The notes under the pieces: generated by a model
What the model was told of the DNA's origin: nothing
What the model saw: the letters and a program-made list of their open reading frames with translations, nothing else
Database searches by the model: none
Assembly: GCA_020536535.1 (NCBI GenBank)
Contig: JAHLWZ010000091.1
Span: forward strand, 6,803 to 70,802
DNA length: 64,000 nt
Origin: Pelomyxa schiedti
Lineage: Eukaryota > Protista > Evosea
Direction of reading: 5' to 3'
Position numbers and translations under genes: made by a program
Part shown: positions 11,977-26,000 of the stretch, piece after piece
Layout: every line of letters begins with the position of its first letter
Position numbering within the stretch: position 1 is the first letter of the stretch

Positions 11977-13934
11977 ATGACCAGCGCAAATGGCGAAGAT
12001 GAACGACCGAGCAGTGGGCCACCTAAAAAACTACGCACTGGGGCAACCACAGCACCGGATAGAACTGCCAAGTTGGAGCGGATCGCCGCATCGCTGTCCC
12101 GTGCCCCGACGCGGCAAAAGGCCTTGGACTGCGTGATGTCCTTCATGCCCCTTCCCGTTTTGCTACAAGTTTCGTGTTTATGTGACTGTGAATGTGTCTT
12201 AGAACCGTCGTGTGTGAATCGGCACAGCCACACCCATAAGTTCGAAGCGAAGGCTCAACGACCTAACCAAAACGAACGCCCACTAACAGGTCGAAAGAGT
12301 TGCCCGCATGCGGGTCACGCACGACACGTTCGTTGTGGTCCAGCACCTCACAACCGACCTGTGCTTCAGACTGTTGCGGCTCTGCTCAAAGGACGTGTGC
12401 GAATCTTCTGCATCCGACTTGGACCACCTGAGAGACCGAGTCATTCGAGGATTCGTTTACTTGCTGAGCGGCACCGACCACTCCATAGTTCTCGATCTGT
12501 TGTGGAGGGACAGCTCCAGGTGCCCGTACTCTAACTCCGAATGGCCTTTGGTGTGGAATTCCTTGTGCAAGGATCACAGGCATTGCGGGGGAGCTCCTTT
12601 GCGCGAGATAGGCGAGGCTCTTCGCGACTATGAAAGCTACTCTATCATCACAAAGAAAAGGACACCCTACGGCACTATGCCCTCGAAGCGAGCTGTGAGA
12701 GTGGAAGAGTTTCTTACCGGGCTGTGCGAACCCAAGGCTTTATTTTCTGTTCTGGAATGCGTTTCATCCTGGTTCCTTGAGTTTGCGTGCATGTCAAACA
12801 GCTTACTGGAGATTGTTGTTCGTCCGGGTCTTTCTCTGTTTAGGTTTCATATTTTTTTTTATTTACAAGTCACTTCTGAAGTAACCCCTTTTCACTTAGT
12901 TTGGAGAGTTACGATAAGGCCTATTTTGCCGCCCTCTCTTCTAAATCGATTGCCTTGGCACGCAAAGTTAGAGAACCACAAACTCTCTGGATCTATGACA
13001 GAAATGTCAGGAGATTGCTCATCGATATGTGGCTACATGGAATTCCACCTGGGGACCCTGTTTGGAACAAAATTCACGCAATTCCTATAATGTGTGTTGG
13101 GAAAGTGGACCAAAGGACAAAGGCATTTATGCACAAAGAAGATTCTGATGCTTCCGAGTCTGATGACGACTTTGGGCTACTTCCCCCAAACTGTGCCTAT
13201 ATTGTGGAGCTGGTGGATGGCAGTGGGGTTGGCCACAAGCTCGTTTTTGATTTCAATCAAGGCGATGCTGATGCCAATACTGGAATTTTTGGGCATGCTC
13301 TTTCTGCAAGGGGTATATGGGTCACTTTCGCTGGAGATGCCTTATGCGACTCCGGAACTCTCGTAACAGCAACAGACCTAGCACTCCATGTATTTTTCCT
13401 CATTTTTTAACTACTCTAATTTTTTTCTTTGGGATTTACAGACATTTGTTCCCCACAACAAGGATTTTCCTCAAGGCCTTCTTCCAGCCAAATCCACATG
13501 GACAGACAATAAATTCACTTTTGGTTCCCAAGTCGAATTGATTTGCTTTGCAGTTGCAATGCTGTGCATGAAACGGGTGCGTCCTCTTTTCTTAGAGAGT
13601 AAACTAACTATGATACATGCAGCCACCCATGGCCTTCACTGGAGTAGGAGCGTCTCTCGCCCGGAATTCCTTGAAATCTCTTCTCACCATTGTCTTCCGC
13701 AAAGTAGTGCAACAAAACAACCTGTCAGCACTGATCCCATCATCATTCATTGAGCAAGTAGCCAGGCTTGTGGATCCCAAGTTCCCCATTGTTAACAACA
13801 GCACAACAAACACAAACCATCCCACCAAGACAACAACAGCACCAACAATTGGTGATCCTTGGCCATATGGGCAACTGAAGCCGTACCCAGAACAGATCAA
13901 ACTTTGGCGAAGTGGCAAAGACTCCAACACATAA
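11977..13934 (+). CDS. Hypothetical protein, spliced, N-terminal basic NLS-like PPKKLRT
   Basis: Chain of long + ORFs joinable by short GT-AG introns; no family recognised. Confidence 0.6.
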
Positions 13935-14225
13935 AGAGGGTGAATTCTCAGCCTTAAAAAAGGAACACCGGGAGGTCAAAAAAAGCTCGCTGAACTTAGT
14001 CCGCAGCGAAAAGTGCGTATTTTCACTACGTTTCATTGTCAACGAACCTGATGCCATGAAAAAACTTCCGCCGAAAACGTGAAGCACTATCTGCTCTTCT
14101 TAAAACAGTAGGATCGCCCCGATAGAAACACAAAAAAAACTCAAAAACAGGCCCGCACTACGCGGACAACGGTTGTTTGGTGCTAAAGGTGAAAGTAAAG
14201 TGCCACACAAAAAGGTGAGACTGAG

Positions 14226-15255
14226 ATGTCATCTTCGTCACCTCAGCCGGGCACTCTTGTCAAAAAGGTCCCACCACCCATCACAATCAACAAGAAAAAA
14301 CGAAGACGGGGGGCCTCCGGTGTCGGTGCTGCTTCTGGGCCTGGATCTACGTGTTCACGACATGCAGAAGAAAACCAGAGACAACTACACTCCAGAAGTC
14401 ACGCCGTAAAAGCAGGTGTGCAATCGCATCTACCTTAGAATTTACAAGTTGCCATTTACTATGGAAGTAACCCTCAAAATTAACATAGCAGAATTATTTT
14501 GTTGGTGGTAATTTGTTCAGACTTATTTTAACCTTGATAACGCAGACTCTGTTGTATCATTAAACTTTGTTCTCTTTATTCCTACTACACTTTCACCGGA
14601 TTTGATCAGAAAGCACCCTCTTGTCCGAGCAATATGCGAGACAATAGAGGACTCAGTGTTTATGATTCTTGACAGAAGAGCCTTTCCTGTTGTTATGAAC
14701 CAATATGGCTTCAGGCTGCTGGGGCTACGACCTACGTTGCACTACAGCGCTTCAAAAAGATCACAAACAAGCACTTCAACACAACACCCCACTTCTCAGC
14801 AAAGATTTCTAGAAAATCTGGACAATTTGACTCATATCCATACACCAGGGGGCCCTCGACTTTCAAATGACCTGCCAACCTCCCCCGAGTCCACCTGCAC
14901 CGTCCAAGCAATTCCCCTGACAGAAGATAACGTATATTCCTCCAACTGGCTCGATACATTTGTTGTGGAGGGGCAAATTGAGGAATGTCACGATCTTTGG
15001 GCACTGACTGTTGCTGGGGAAGTTCCATCCGTAATGCCAGACTTGACAAACGAGCACGAACGGAAAGGCACAACCCTCGTAAGAGTGTACAGTGGAGAAG
15101 GAAGTGTACTGGACTACAACTGGACTGGGATAAGACTAGTGGACCAGACTGGAAATTTCATTGCCAGTTTGCACATGGGTTCTCCAAGGAGGGAAGTGGA
15201 TAACAGAGTAACAGGGATTGCACAAGAACTAACTGATGTTTTAACACTTTCTTAA
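14226..15255 (+). CDS. PAS-domain protein with basic N-terminus
   Basis: LVRAICETIEDSVFMILDRRAFPVVMNQYGFRLLG...NWLDTFV...VLDYNWTGIRLVDQTGNFIASLHMG matches the PAS/PAC pattern; KKKRRR near the N-terminus. Confidence 0.6.
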
Positions 15256-15300
15256 AGAAACAACAAAATGAACATATTTCAGTATAAGTTGTTCTTTATT

Positions 15301-16065
15301 TTACTCCTTGGTTCTCTTCTTCGACTTTTGTTTGTAAACAACCCAGCCGACACATACACCAACTCCCCCAACAACAATAACACCAAGTATGCAACCTGTC
15401 AAATGTTATCACAAAGAAAAAGAGGAACGAGGAAAAACTACGCACCATAGACAATTGGTTTCAGGTTTGCTGTGTGGTTATTAGTCGAAACAGAAAATAG
15501 TGGGGAAAGGAAAAAAACATACTCTCACAATCAGGATAGCCAGAGTTTCCACCAGAGCAAATCATGCAGCCGTATTCAGGGTGATCATCTGTTACACAAT
15601 ACGTAAATACCCTTAAAGGACTTCATTTTTGCATAGATGATATTATATCTTTACAACTTAATAATGGTATTAATAATGGAAGGTAGGGAATTCAATGAAA
15701 TGAAATGCATACACGCGCTTGTGCAGGATTCACAGATTTCGTACTCGATGCAGTTGACGCATCCCCTGCTCGAGCAGAATGGCTGACTATCCGAGGCCGT
15801 GGGGGCCAAATCCTCCACGACGGCGTACCTCTTCCTCAGCCTGTCCTCCAAGTGCGAAGCCTTTGCAGCGAGGCTCTGGGCCAACTCGGCGGCCGAAGCA
15901 GCGGCAGCTGTCGCAGAGGGCGCAGCGCCGGCGGGGGCGGCAGAAGGGGTGGGTGATGTGCGCATGGACGCGCGTTCCGCGAATGTGTGGGGCATGTTGC
16001 CAGCATGCCTGGGAGGCACGAGAGCCAAGGTCCCTACGACTACCGCCAACAGCAGTAACAACTCA
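15301..16065 (-). CDS. Small type I membrane protein with Cys-rich (PSI-like) ectodomain; start uncertain
   Basis: Hydrophobic LLLLAVVVGTLA, CSSRGCVNCIEYEICESC, inferred TM GCILGVIVVGGVGVCVGWVVY then KQKSKRTKE-stop. Confidence 0.5.
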
Positions 16066-16434
16066 CTCCCTGTTTGTTTGTTTGTTGTTTTTGTTTGAAG
16101 AGGTCAGTTCAACAATTTTCTTAAGAAACGTAGAGAGGAATGGTGGGGAGAAAGCTAGAAGATTTAAAAAAAAAAAAAGAAGCGCGGAGAGGGGCCGCAC
16201 TCATCACTCCTGATGTTGCCCTTCGTTTGTGGGGTTTTTTTCCGACAATTTCCTGTCAGTTGCTGAATAGATCTTTGGGGACTTGATTGGGGCAGGAGCA
16301 GTCTCTCAGGCTCCTGTCAACCCCACTACTTCGTTAGGCGGTTCCTCCAGTGTTCTTCATGCCCCTAATTCAACACACCAGTCCCATTCAGAATCCCCTT
16401 CGTGTAACGATCGAAATACAACGAAACAGAGGTA

Positions 16435-19400
16435 ATGAGAGTGCCGTTGTTGGCAGTGTGTCTCGGGCTCGCGATCGTGGGATGCGCTCGGGCTTCCACC
16501 ACGATCTCGTCTCTTTCGTCTTGGAGGCTCCAGTCCGCGGCTGTAGCCCAAGTTGGCGGCCAACAAGCATCTACGGCGGGGTACGACGATTCGTCGTGGT
16601 ACCCAGTGTCTGTTCCATGTACAGTTTTCGCTTGTCTACTCCAGGTTCGTTTTTTTTTTTTTTTTTTGGTTTCACATAAACACTTTTTGTTGTCATTGTG
16701 TCATGCGTGTAGAATGGGGTGTATGAGGAACCTTTCTATGGAATCAACTTGCAATCAATATCGTCTGAACCTTTTAATTCGAGCACTTGGTGGTACCGTA
16801 CTGAGTTCACTATCCCGGATGATGCTGTTGATTACAACGTCGATATCCTATTCAAAGGGTTTATTCCTTAGTCTACATTTTGGAGAGCTAACACCCAGTT
16901 TCCCTTCTCAAGGATCAACTACCGAGCCAATGTTTGGTTCAACGGAGTTCTAATCGGCAATGAAGAAGACATTGTTGGTACTTTCAGGTACCTTGCAGTA
17001 CCATGGAAGACACGTCACCAATTCAATAAAGATGGTTCTCATTTGACATAACATCCATGTTACTCACATCTGGTGTATCTAATGCGTTGGCGCTGGAAAT
17101 TTATAAACCATATGATGTTTCACTTGGAGCAAGTGATGCAACTGACTTGGCAATCTCTTTTGTGGACTGGAGTCCTGAACCACCTGATAGTACCTCCACC
17201 CTGCATTGCACTTCAGGCATTCATCTTTGAAACAGGCAACATGGGTTTATGGCAAGAGGTTCTTCTTCGATACACAGCTGCCTCTGTATCGATTGCCTAC
17301 CCACAAGTTTCCGCGGTTGTGGCAGAGGATGCGTCTACAGCTGATGTGTCTGTACTCCTAGAATTGTATAACTATGCTACTACCTCTGTATCGGGGGTTC
17401 TTTCCATTACCATGCCCAAAGTGGACACAATCACGAAGTCTGTTACCGTTCCACCTCGTTCAAGCATTCAAGTTCTTTTCGACCCAGCAACGTTTGCTCC
17501 TTCTCAGTTAACTTACCACTTTAATTTCTTTTAGATTTCCTTCATTATCAATTGAAGAGCCTGACTTGTGGTGGCCATGGCAAATGGGAGCCCAAAACAT
17601 GCAAACGTTAACAGCTTCCTTCACCATTGGGTATATTTTCAATCTTATCTGAAACTCCCTTGGTCAACTTCATTTATAGGGTACTTGTATCAGATACAAT
17701 ATCTGCACAATTTGGCTTGCGCCAAGTTACATCCGAATTGAGTGATGGCCACAGATTGTTCAAGTTCGCTCATCAACTTTGCCGATAATTTTGACTCATT
17801 AAAAAGGGTTAATGGGAAGCCAATTCTCCTTCGAGGTGGTGGCTTCACACCAGACCTGTTCCAGCGATCGAGTCCTCAAAGACAAGAGACTGAAATGATG
17901 TATATGGTAATCGCCCTATTTATTCTTGTTGCTACTCTTAATCCCACATCACAGCGCGATATGAACATGAATACCATCAGGTTGGAGGGAAAGTTCGAAA
18001 ACGACAATTTCTATACTCTTGCCGATAAATATGGAATGCTAATAATGCCAGGGTGGTGTTGCTGTGTAAGTACTTTTGGGTTTGGTCTAACTGCGCTCTG
18101 ACGTTGGACACAGGATGCATGGCAACATTGGTCTCTGTGGTCTGACGAGGAACACTACGTTGCTGCTGAATCGACTAGGTCTCAAGTGAAACGCCTCAGA
18201 ATTCACCCCTCAGTGTTTGTTTTTCTTTATGGTACAGCTCTTTTGATTAGGGCACAACATAACAATTCTCAAAGGTTCTGATGAAGCACCTCCATTAGAT
18301 GTTGAGAGTGAATACCTGGAAGTCTTCCAGGAAGAACAGTGGTCTGTTCCCACACTTGCATCTGCTGCAGCTACCACGTCAGATTTAACAGGCTCAACTG
18401 GCGTACTACCCTAATTTAATTATTGTGGATTGGAGAGGGAGAACACGGGTGTAACTGGCTTACGCTTTTTAAAGGTCAAAATGAGTGGCCCTTATTCATG
18501 GGTTCCCCCAAATTACTGGCTTACAGACCCTGGCTTTTGGGGAGGTGGCTATGGTCTTCTCACTGAGGGAGGACCTGGTGAAGCACCTTTAACTTATGAG
18601 AGCTTAATTAGGTATGACCTTTCATGCTGGTTCTACAAAACAACATTTAAAGAATGCTTCCATCTGATCACTGGTGGCCTGTTGACTCCTGGTGGGACTA
18701 TCACACTGCCCCAGGGGTAATCAAAGATTTCCGATATTTTAGCCCTCCTCTTAATGGTACCATCTTAAAACTGCTTTCTCTTTCCAAACGGTGTAATAGC
18801 CAGGTACGGTGAACCGCAAAATGCGGTGGATTTCTCCTATACCTCCCAAGTTGCCAACTACGAAGCTATGAGATCCATGTTTGAAGGATATAGTCGTAAC
18901 AAGTACACTTCAACTGGTGTCATTCAATGGATGCAAAATAACCCCTGGTATTTTACCTATGTCGTTACTGGTTAACCATTTTCACAGGTTTTCCAATAAG
19001 TGGCACATGTACATTCCTCAGTGTAGATAAAATCGCATTTTCTGACATCCAACAGGTATGATTACTTCCTTGTCCAAGGTGGTGGCTACTTTGGATCCAA
19101 GAAAGCATGTGAGGTACTGTAAATACCTCTACTTTTCTAAGTAATTGTTTGCCTTATTCCAGCCTCTTCATATCATGTACGCATATGATGATAATAGTGT
19201 CTATGCCATCAACAGCCTCTACTCTGATGTTACGTCAATGAAGGCATACATGGATCTTATACTGCTCAATGGAACGGTTGTATCTCATGACACTGCCAGT
19301 GTACCCTTGGTTCCAGCAGATGGGAAATCTCAAGTTTTTCCTTCTGTGCCAAAGCCTTCCAGTGCTGATGGTGTTTACTTCCTTCATCTTACACTTTATG

Positions 19401-19949
19401 GTGTCGATGATGGCATACTCTCTGACAATATGTACTGGCTCTCTACGCAAGCTGGTAGGATTGAATACTACAAAAGCACTATTCAACCATTCAATAGATG
19501 TTCTTTCTTGGAAGGAGAGTAACTATTACCGCACTCCTTGTTCCCAATATGCCGATTTTACGGCACTCAGGACACTTCCTCAAATTGACCTGACAGTAAC
19601 TTGCACACAAACAAAGGCCAACGTAAACTAACTCAACTCAGGTAACTTCATCAACTTCAATTAATGGAGACACTGCCAGTACCTCGGTCAAAATAACAAA
19701 CCCATCCCCCTCTGTACTTCTCATCCCAGTTGATATCCAGAGTAACCGGGAATGTAGGTTGCCTTCTTTGTCCGAGTAAGGCTACAATGCCAGTCTGTGG
19801 ATATTGTTCCTTCTTTCTGGACTGATAATTATGTTACTATCATGCCCACAGAGTCAGCAGTTCTTGTAGGCACATACAAAACATCACAAATACAGAGCTG
19901 TGGTACCCCCTCAGTTCTTGTTGAGAGCTTCAACAACAACGCAAGATAA
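16435..19949 (+). CDS. Secreted GH2 exo-beta-D-glucosaminidase (CsxA-like), many introns
   Basis: Signal peptide; FKGINYRANVWFNG, WWPWQMG, VNGKPILLRGGG, NTIRLEGK, MPGWCCCDAWQ, HPSVFVFLYGSDE, GVKMSGPYSWVPPNYW, TEGGPG. Confidence 0.88.
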
Positions 19950-20256
19950 GAAAAACAAGAGAACTATGTTACATTTTAAAAATCACCAAAATTCTTGAAG
20001 AACCGGGGATTGGGATGTGGTTCAAGAAACAAAAAAATGGAAAATGATCGTGTGCGAAGTGGGGAACTGCTTCAGATGCTGATCGATTGATTGTTGGATA
20101 GGTTGGGACAGAGAGAACATGTGAGGGAGATTTATCTCTGTCCCCCCCTGCCTCACACATTAGAGCACATTTCCAGAAAAAACGAACTCCGGTTACGCTA
20201 ATCAGGCCAAATTTTACCGGCCCCGACAACTTGTGGGATGTTAAATCCCACAAAAA

Positions 20257-22660
20257 TCATCGTGGGTCGAGGGATTGTTGGAGGGAGTCGATTCGTAGGT
20301 GGGTGTATTCTGTGATACTGATGATGTAGCCGAAGTTCTCTATCAGTGACACTTCAAAATCATCGGTGGAGAATCCCATGCATGCCTGGTGCATTTGGTC
20401 TGCCACCACAACAAGAGACCCAAGGTCTTTGAGAGTCTCAATACGGCTCATTAGTTTTCCGGTGGGCTTAGGGAGGTGTAAGGGAACGGTAGGGAGAGAA
20501 AAAAAGAGGTAGGTACCCACCATAAAGTAAGTATCCAAGAGATCATAAAATAAAGATGTATATTTGTCTCTCCATTTTGAGACTGAAAGAACACGTTTCG
20601 CAAGAACATTATCAGTAAACTTGTAAGGGTCGACCTGACTAAGATCCTAGACCGGTTTATTCCTTAAAAAAAAAAAAAAAAGAAGAAGAAGAAGATATAC
20701 CACAATAGGAAGGCCCATACTCATCGGAAAACCCCAGGAAAGGTCCAAGTCGTGACGCCAATATACAAATTGGCCATCGTCATTGAGGTAGAGGAATATA
20801 TTATTGCCTTGATTGGCAATCCCATCCCAGTTGGATGTCGCGACTTCCATAACGTACCTGGAAGCATCCCGTTAAAAAGTACTAGAAATGTTCAGTGAAT
20901 ACGCTTGAAGGAAAGCATTGACATCTAGTACCTGCGAAGTATATCAACTTACAATCAAATAACAAAAGTCATACTTTGGAGAGCTCGGATTCAAGCTTAT
21001 CATCAGGAGTTAAGTTGAGAACACTGATCAAATTTGCTAGTGCAGAATAATCGTTGGCTTGATCTGTCTGAGGGTCGTAGCAAGGATTTGGGTCACACCA
21101 GAGGTTCTGATATATTGTTGGATCTACTTAACATCAATGGCATACTTAACGGCATGATAAATAACCTGACCCCAGGTAGGAAAAATTGGCACCCCAATGT
21201 GTCTTATACACTGGCGTTTCATCACTACCCAGGCGGGATTTGAAAAATTGGTTATCCATATCCTTGTGTCAAGTTACAGCATGTGTTCCAAGATTTGGAG
21301 TAACAAACCTCGTACATGACATAGAGGCCCCAGCTTATGTCATTTATCCAAAGTTCGGCCCAACTACTGCGATAGACCTAAGAAAAACCATTAGGAAAAG
21401 TATATGGTTTATAAAGCATACAGGGCTATTCATGCTGTAAGAAATAGCTGCTGATGCCATTTCTCTAATGTAAGAAGGATCGAGAGCAGCTTTTTTCATT
21501 TGAGTAAATTCCAATAAGCTTGAACACGTAATCACCTGATTTGAATAAAAGGTGCTTTAACTGGTACCATCGCCTGTCAGGACTGAACTCCGTGAAGCTC
21601 AGCTTGAAACATTTCTTGGGGAAAAGCTTCATCAAAGATCTGTTCTTGGCAGAGGAGCTTAGTGGATTTCTTTTCAATTTTGGCACCTACCCTCCGAGTC
21701 GAATTCCAACATCAGTTAATGTGTCTTGAACAAGGCCATTATAAAACCACATGTCGGATTGCATGTACATGTCACTCTTGGAGTTTGCTGGGTCCAATAA
21801 TGCCCTCAAATCGTTGTCATTCATACTAATTCTAACCTGGGCAATAACTAATTTGATCAATTTGAGCATTTTTATCACATCTTGTACCTGATTCATTGAA
21901 AACAGGATGTTGGAGTCCATAGTCATCCCAATTGTCAAATCTATCTCCTGAAATAGTTTCAGATATCTCTGCCACAGTGACAACATCGGATGCACAAAAC
22001 TGTGAAGAATAAGAATCTATACGAGAATCTTCCGTCTTTTTACCTGTCCAGTGTACTCACTGCCGCAAACGCATGTATCCTGGCCCATCACTGTGGAACA
22101 TTTTCCTCTTCCCGAACAATAAGCACCAGTGCTGCAAGAGACAGCCGAACAAGAAGGTCCTTTCCAGCCAGGCTAAAAAAAACCAATGTAAAACAAAGTT
22201 GCCAAAGGGCATAAACACCAACCTGGCACGCACACCTCCATTGATCATTATATTCCGGACGTTGCTCACATTTGCCCCTACCACTGCAGGAATTAGGGCA
22301 TCCACAAGGTCCCACAGACCAAGTTCCCAATCGATCAACTTTGTACTTGCAGCTAGCAATGGGAAGAACGCCAATGGGACTTGTTGAGTATGTACACATG
22401 TTGTCAGCAATGGTGACATTGTTCAGCATACACAGTTGTCCCACAACCCCTGATGCCAGGAAAAAAAAAACAAAGGGGGGAAAACAGCACATAAGGGAAA
22501 CGCGAAACGGCAACATTTTCTTATGTACAAGAGAGGGCGAAACGTAAGTACCATACGGAGGCGGTATCGAACACAAAGGGTCCGTGCAAGTTTCGGCCCC
22601 ATACGACCAAACACTGCACACCACACACAATAGTAAGATCACTACCACCGTGCACCTCAT
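20257..22660 (-). CDS. Secreted protein with EGF-like repeats and a CotH kinase domain
   Basis: Signal MRCTVVVILLLCVVCSVWS; CPNSCSGRGKC and CSGRGKC..CVC EGF repeats; CotH motifs VGIRLGG, KKCFKLSF, DPSYIRE, NWDG..NQGNNIFLY, HDLDLSWG. Confidence 0.8.
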
Positions 22661-23056
22661 CTCATCGGATTAAAGTACTTTTGTAGAACAAACGAGGAAG
22701 ATCTGGTATACAAAGCCCCATACTTCCGGTCTGTTGATGATTATTTGCCTCTTCACCGCCGCCTATTTTTGTTCCCACAGAACCTTATGACGTGGGCCTT
22801 CGATAGTACCCTTCCTCCGCTCACAATCGCCAGGACCGACGGTATGGAGTTTTTTTTATGCTCCATAACAACCCGAATGAAAAAGTACAAAGACAACCGT
22901 TGTGCTTGTCTTCCAACTGGCACAGTTGGTGCATTTCGTTTGGTTTTGGTGGGTCTTTTGTACAGAAACAGATTCTTGGTATTGGAAAAGTGCAACCGAG
23001 AGGGTGGGTCTCCCTCGGCGACTCTTGTTTTGTGGCTGTCTATGGGTGGTGGTAAT

Positions 23057-26000
23057 TTACAGTGTTTGAAAGTCGGCTTCCAGGTCGTCGTCAATTAGAA
23101 GAACTGCGAATTGTTCGTCAGTATTTCCGCCGGTTCCAGCCTGTGAAAGGCACGAAGCAGTTTCCGTTCGGGAATCGGCTAGAACGTGGTTCCCCTGTGC
23201 ATTTGTAGTTGTGGTTGTTGTGGTGCTTGTTGCTGCTGATGTCGCAGATGCCAAGGAAGTGGCTAGAAGTGTCCTTGGTGATGGTGACTTGGAGGTGGAA
23301 GAGCGGCGACGGTCCACAAGGGACAATGTTGTAGCCGGAGATAGAAGAGAGTTACCGTGTGAGGTTAGTGGTAGATGTTGACGCGGGATTGTTGTACTTG
23401 TACTTCGTGATATTGGTGGTGTTGGGTGGTGGGATGGTTGGGTTTGGGTGGACGAGGATTGCTTGCTGGGTGATTTCTGGGAAGACTGTGTTATTTTGCG
23501 GGATGCTGTGGAGGAAGTACTGGGACTTGTTTTGTGGGGGGATAATGACGTTCTGGTTTTGCTTGGGGGTGGTACTGATTTGCGGCTGGGTGAAAGAGTT
23601 TTACTGCGTGGAGGCACTTGCTTGTGGGAATGCTGTGGAATTTGTGGGGACACGGAGAGGGGCTTGTGGGAAAGTGGTGGGGAGTTGTTACTACTAAGTT
23701 TCGTCTCGGCTTCAATTTGCGTGGCCTCAATTGGAGGTTGGCTGGTCGTTGGAGTAAAATGAGTGAATTGAGGTACAAATGGGAAGATTATACTTCAGTA
23801 TCTCTGATTTGAGCATTTGTTCTCTAAATAAGGCTTCATTTAGTTCTGCTAATTGGTTCGTCAATTCTTCTTTGTTCTGATTGAAGAAGACAATAAAGAG
23901 AGGAACTTTGCTTCTCACACAAAACTCACACTTATAAAAACCAACCCCTCACAATAACCCACCTGTTTCCAACCTGTAATTCCTGTTGTAAAGCCAGTTG
24001 CAATTCTGTTATTTGACTATCATACTGGTCTTGAATCGTCTGAAATTCCTGTGCCGGGTGAGCTTTTGGAAAACTATCCATAGAAATAGAGTACAGATTC
24101 TTGTTGTTGAAGTACTTGCTGCTGCTCAGACAGTTGTGTGTCAACCTCTTGCAAGTGCAAGGTTAGCCGTTTCAACTCAGTTTCTGCGAAGGCTTTGACT
24201 TCGTCTATCTGGGTAAAGTTAGACGAGACACACAAAGCCAGTTTATAGTAGTGAACCAAACCTGGGCCTCTGTGTCCTCTATCTCACTTTCAGCATTGGA
24301 GCAAGCACGAGTTTGCTTAAAAAGATCAGCTTGCACAATTGGAATTTTTTGCTGTTCGCGGCGTAGCCTAATGATCTCTTGTTTTAAAGGAGCTGTCGCT
24401 TTGTGCTATGTGTTATTTAAATAAAGGAGAAACTTAACTGAAGAGGCTTACTTGCTTTGCACTCAAATTGCCAGAGCAAATTTCTTTGAGCTGCTTTATT
24501 GTTGTGTGGCTTACTTGATTTTCAGTAATATGGATTGAGGTTAAGCACTTGTTCAACTTCAAACTCTCAAGCATCTTGCAGCCGGCATCTTGGTGTTCTT
24601 AGTTCTGGATATGTGAGTTTATTGTCACGAATACCTTCCGTGATGAAATTATTAGAAATTCTCAAAGAGGTCAGAGAAGTGTTCTCTTCTAAGGCTTTTG
24701 CAATAGCAATTCCTGTTACAGAATGAGACCGTCGGGTGAGGAACCGGCCATACCTCCAGAAGGTCCAATTTTAGAAGAACCAATTTCCAAACAAGTCAGA
24801 GATTTGCCACTAGAATGGTAGGAGTACAATAAAAATGATCATTTTAAGTAATTAATTAAATACTTTTTAAGGGTAGAAGCAAGCTGTAGAGCAGCTTTGT
24901 CCTTAATGCAAGTGCCATTCAGGATTAGTGTTACCATCGCCTGTTTGTGGGGTGAGGTCTCTTGTAGTTTTGATTATTGGAACACACTGTATGACTCCTC
25001 AATGAAGTTACTATGTCCATCCCACCCTCAGCTCCGATGTTGTTGTTGGCAAGATTGAGATGTGTGATAGTCTAATAATACTTATTAGAAACGGTCAAGA
25101 GAACTGGCCAACATTATTTACAATCAGTGCCGCTGCTATTGAAGCAGCACCCCAATCGCCCAAGCCATTGCTTTCCAGATTTAACGTTGATAAAGCTGTA
25201 TTCTGCTTCAGCCCATCTGAAAGGGAACACGCACCCCTGTTGGCAGTTAACATTGGATAAGGCATCAAATCATGGGTACGTTGGTCCAAGAGTGTTGCGA
25301 GCGAGATTCAATGTTGTGAGATTTCTATTGGCTTGAAGAGTGTTTCCTAATGCAATTCCTGCGTCTGGACCAATCTCATTATCACTCAAATCTAAAAACG
25401 AAAGAGCAGTGTTGTGTTGAAGGGCCTGAAAATTATTAGCCTAAACGAAAACTAGAGCAGCAGACACCTGTATAATTAATATGCTACCAGCAGTTCTTAG
25501 ACAGTTGGCAGATAGAAAGCAGGACTGAAGTGTGTGATTTCGTGAAAGGAGAGCTGAAAGATATTCCGATCCCTTTTATTCCCTCATCAGTGACCAATTC
25601 AGTATATGGGATACTCACTTCCACTCCAGTTTTCCCGATACTAATATTTGTCAGACCCAATAGTAGAAGATGGGCGTTTGATTCCAGAGCCTTTGTAGGG
25701 AAGCAATGAGTTAACCAAGAGGGAAAATACTAGGAAAAACTCACAGAAGAAATGTTAGAGATAGCGTTGGCATTCAGGTTATTTATACAGGAGGTGGAGT
25801 CAGATGGTGCTGATCCCAGCTCCAAGTGTGTGAGTGTTGTGTTGCTTCGAAGGCATTGTGCAAGACTTGCTGCACCAGCTTCCCCAAAGTTGTTTGATGA
25901 AATGTTGAGGTGTGTGACCTTTTTTTTTTTTTCCCCAAAGTGAGAAACATCAAAGAAAGGTTGGCATTGTATCCTTACAGAGCACATTGGGTGAGAAAAA

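Noticed and set aside
21654-21690. Apparent in-frame stops in conserved genes (for example GIRLGG*), suggesting stop-codon reassignment
   Set aside because: Those checked are removed by a short GT-AG intron; TAA, TAG and TGA are all used as true stops
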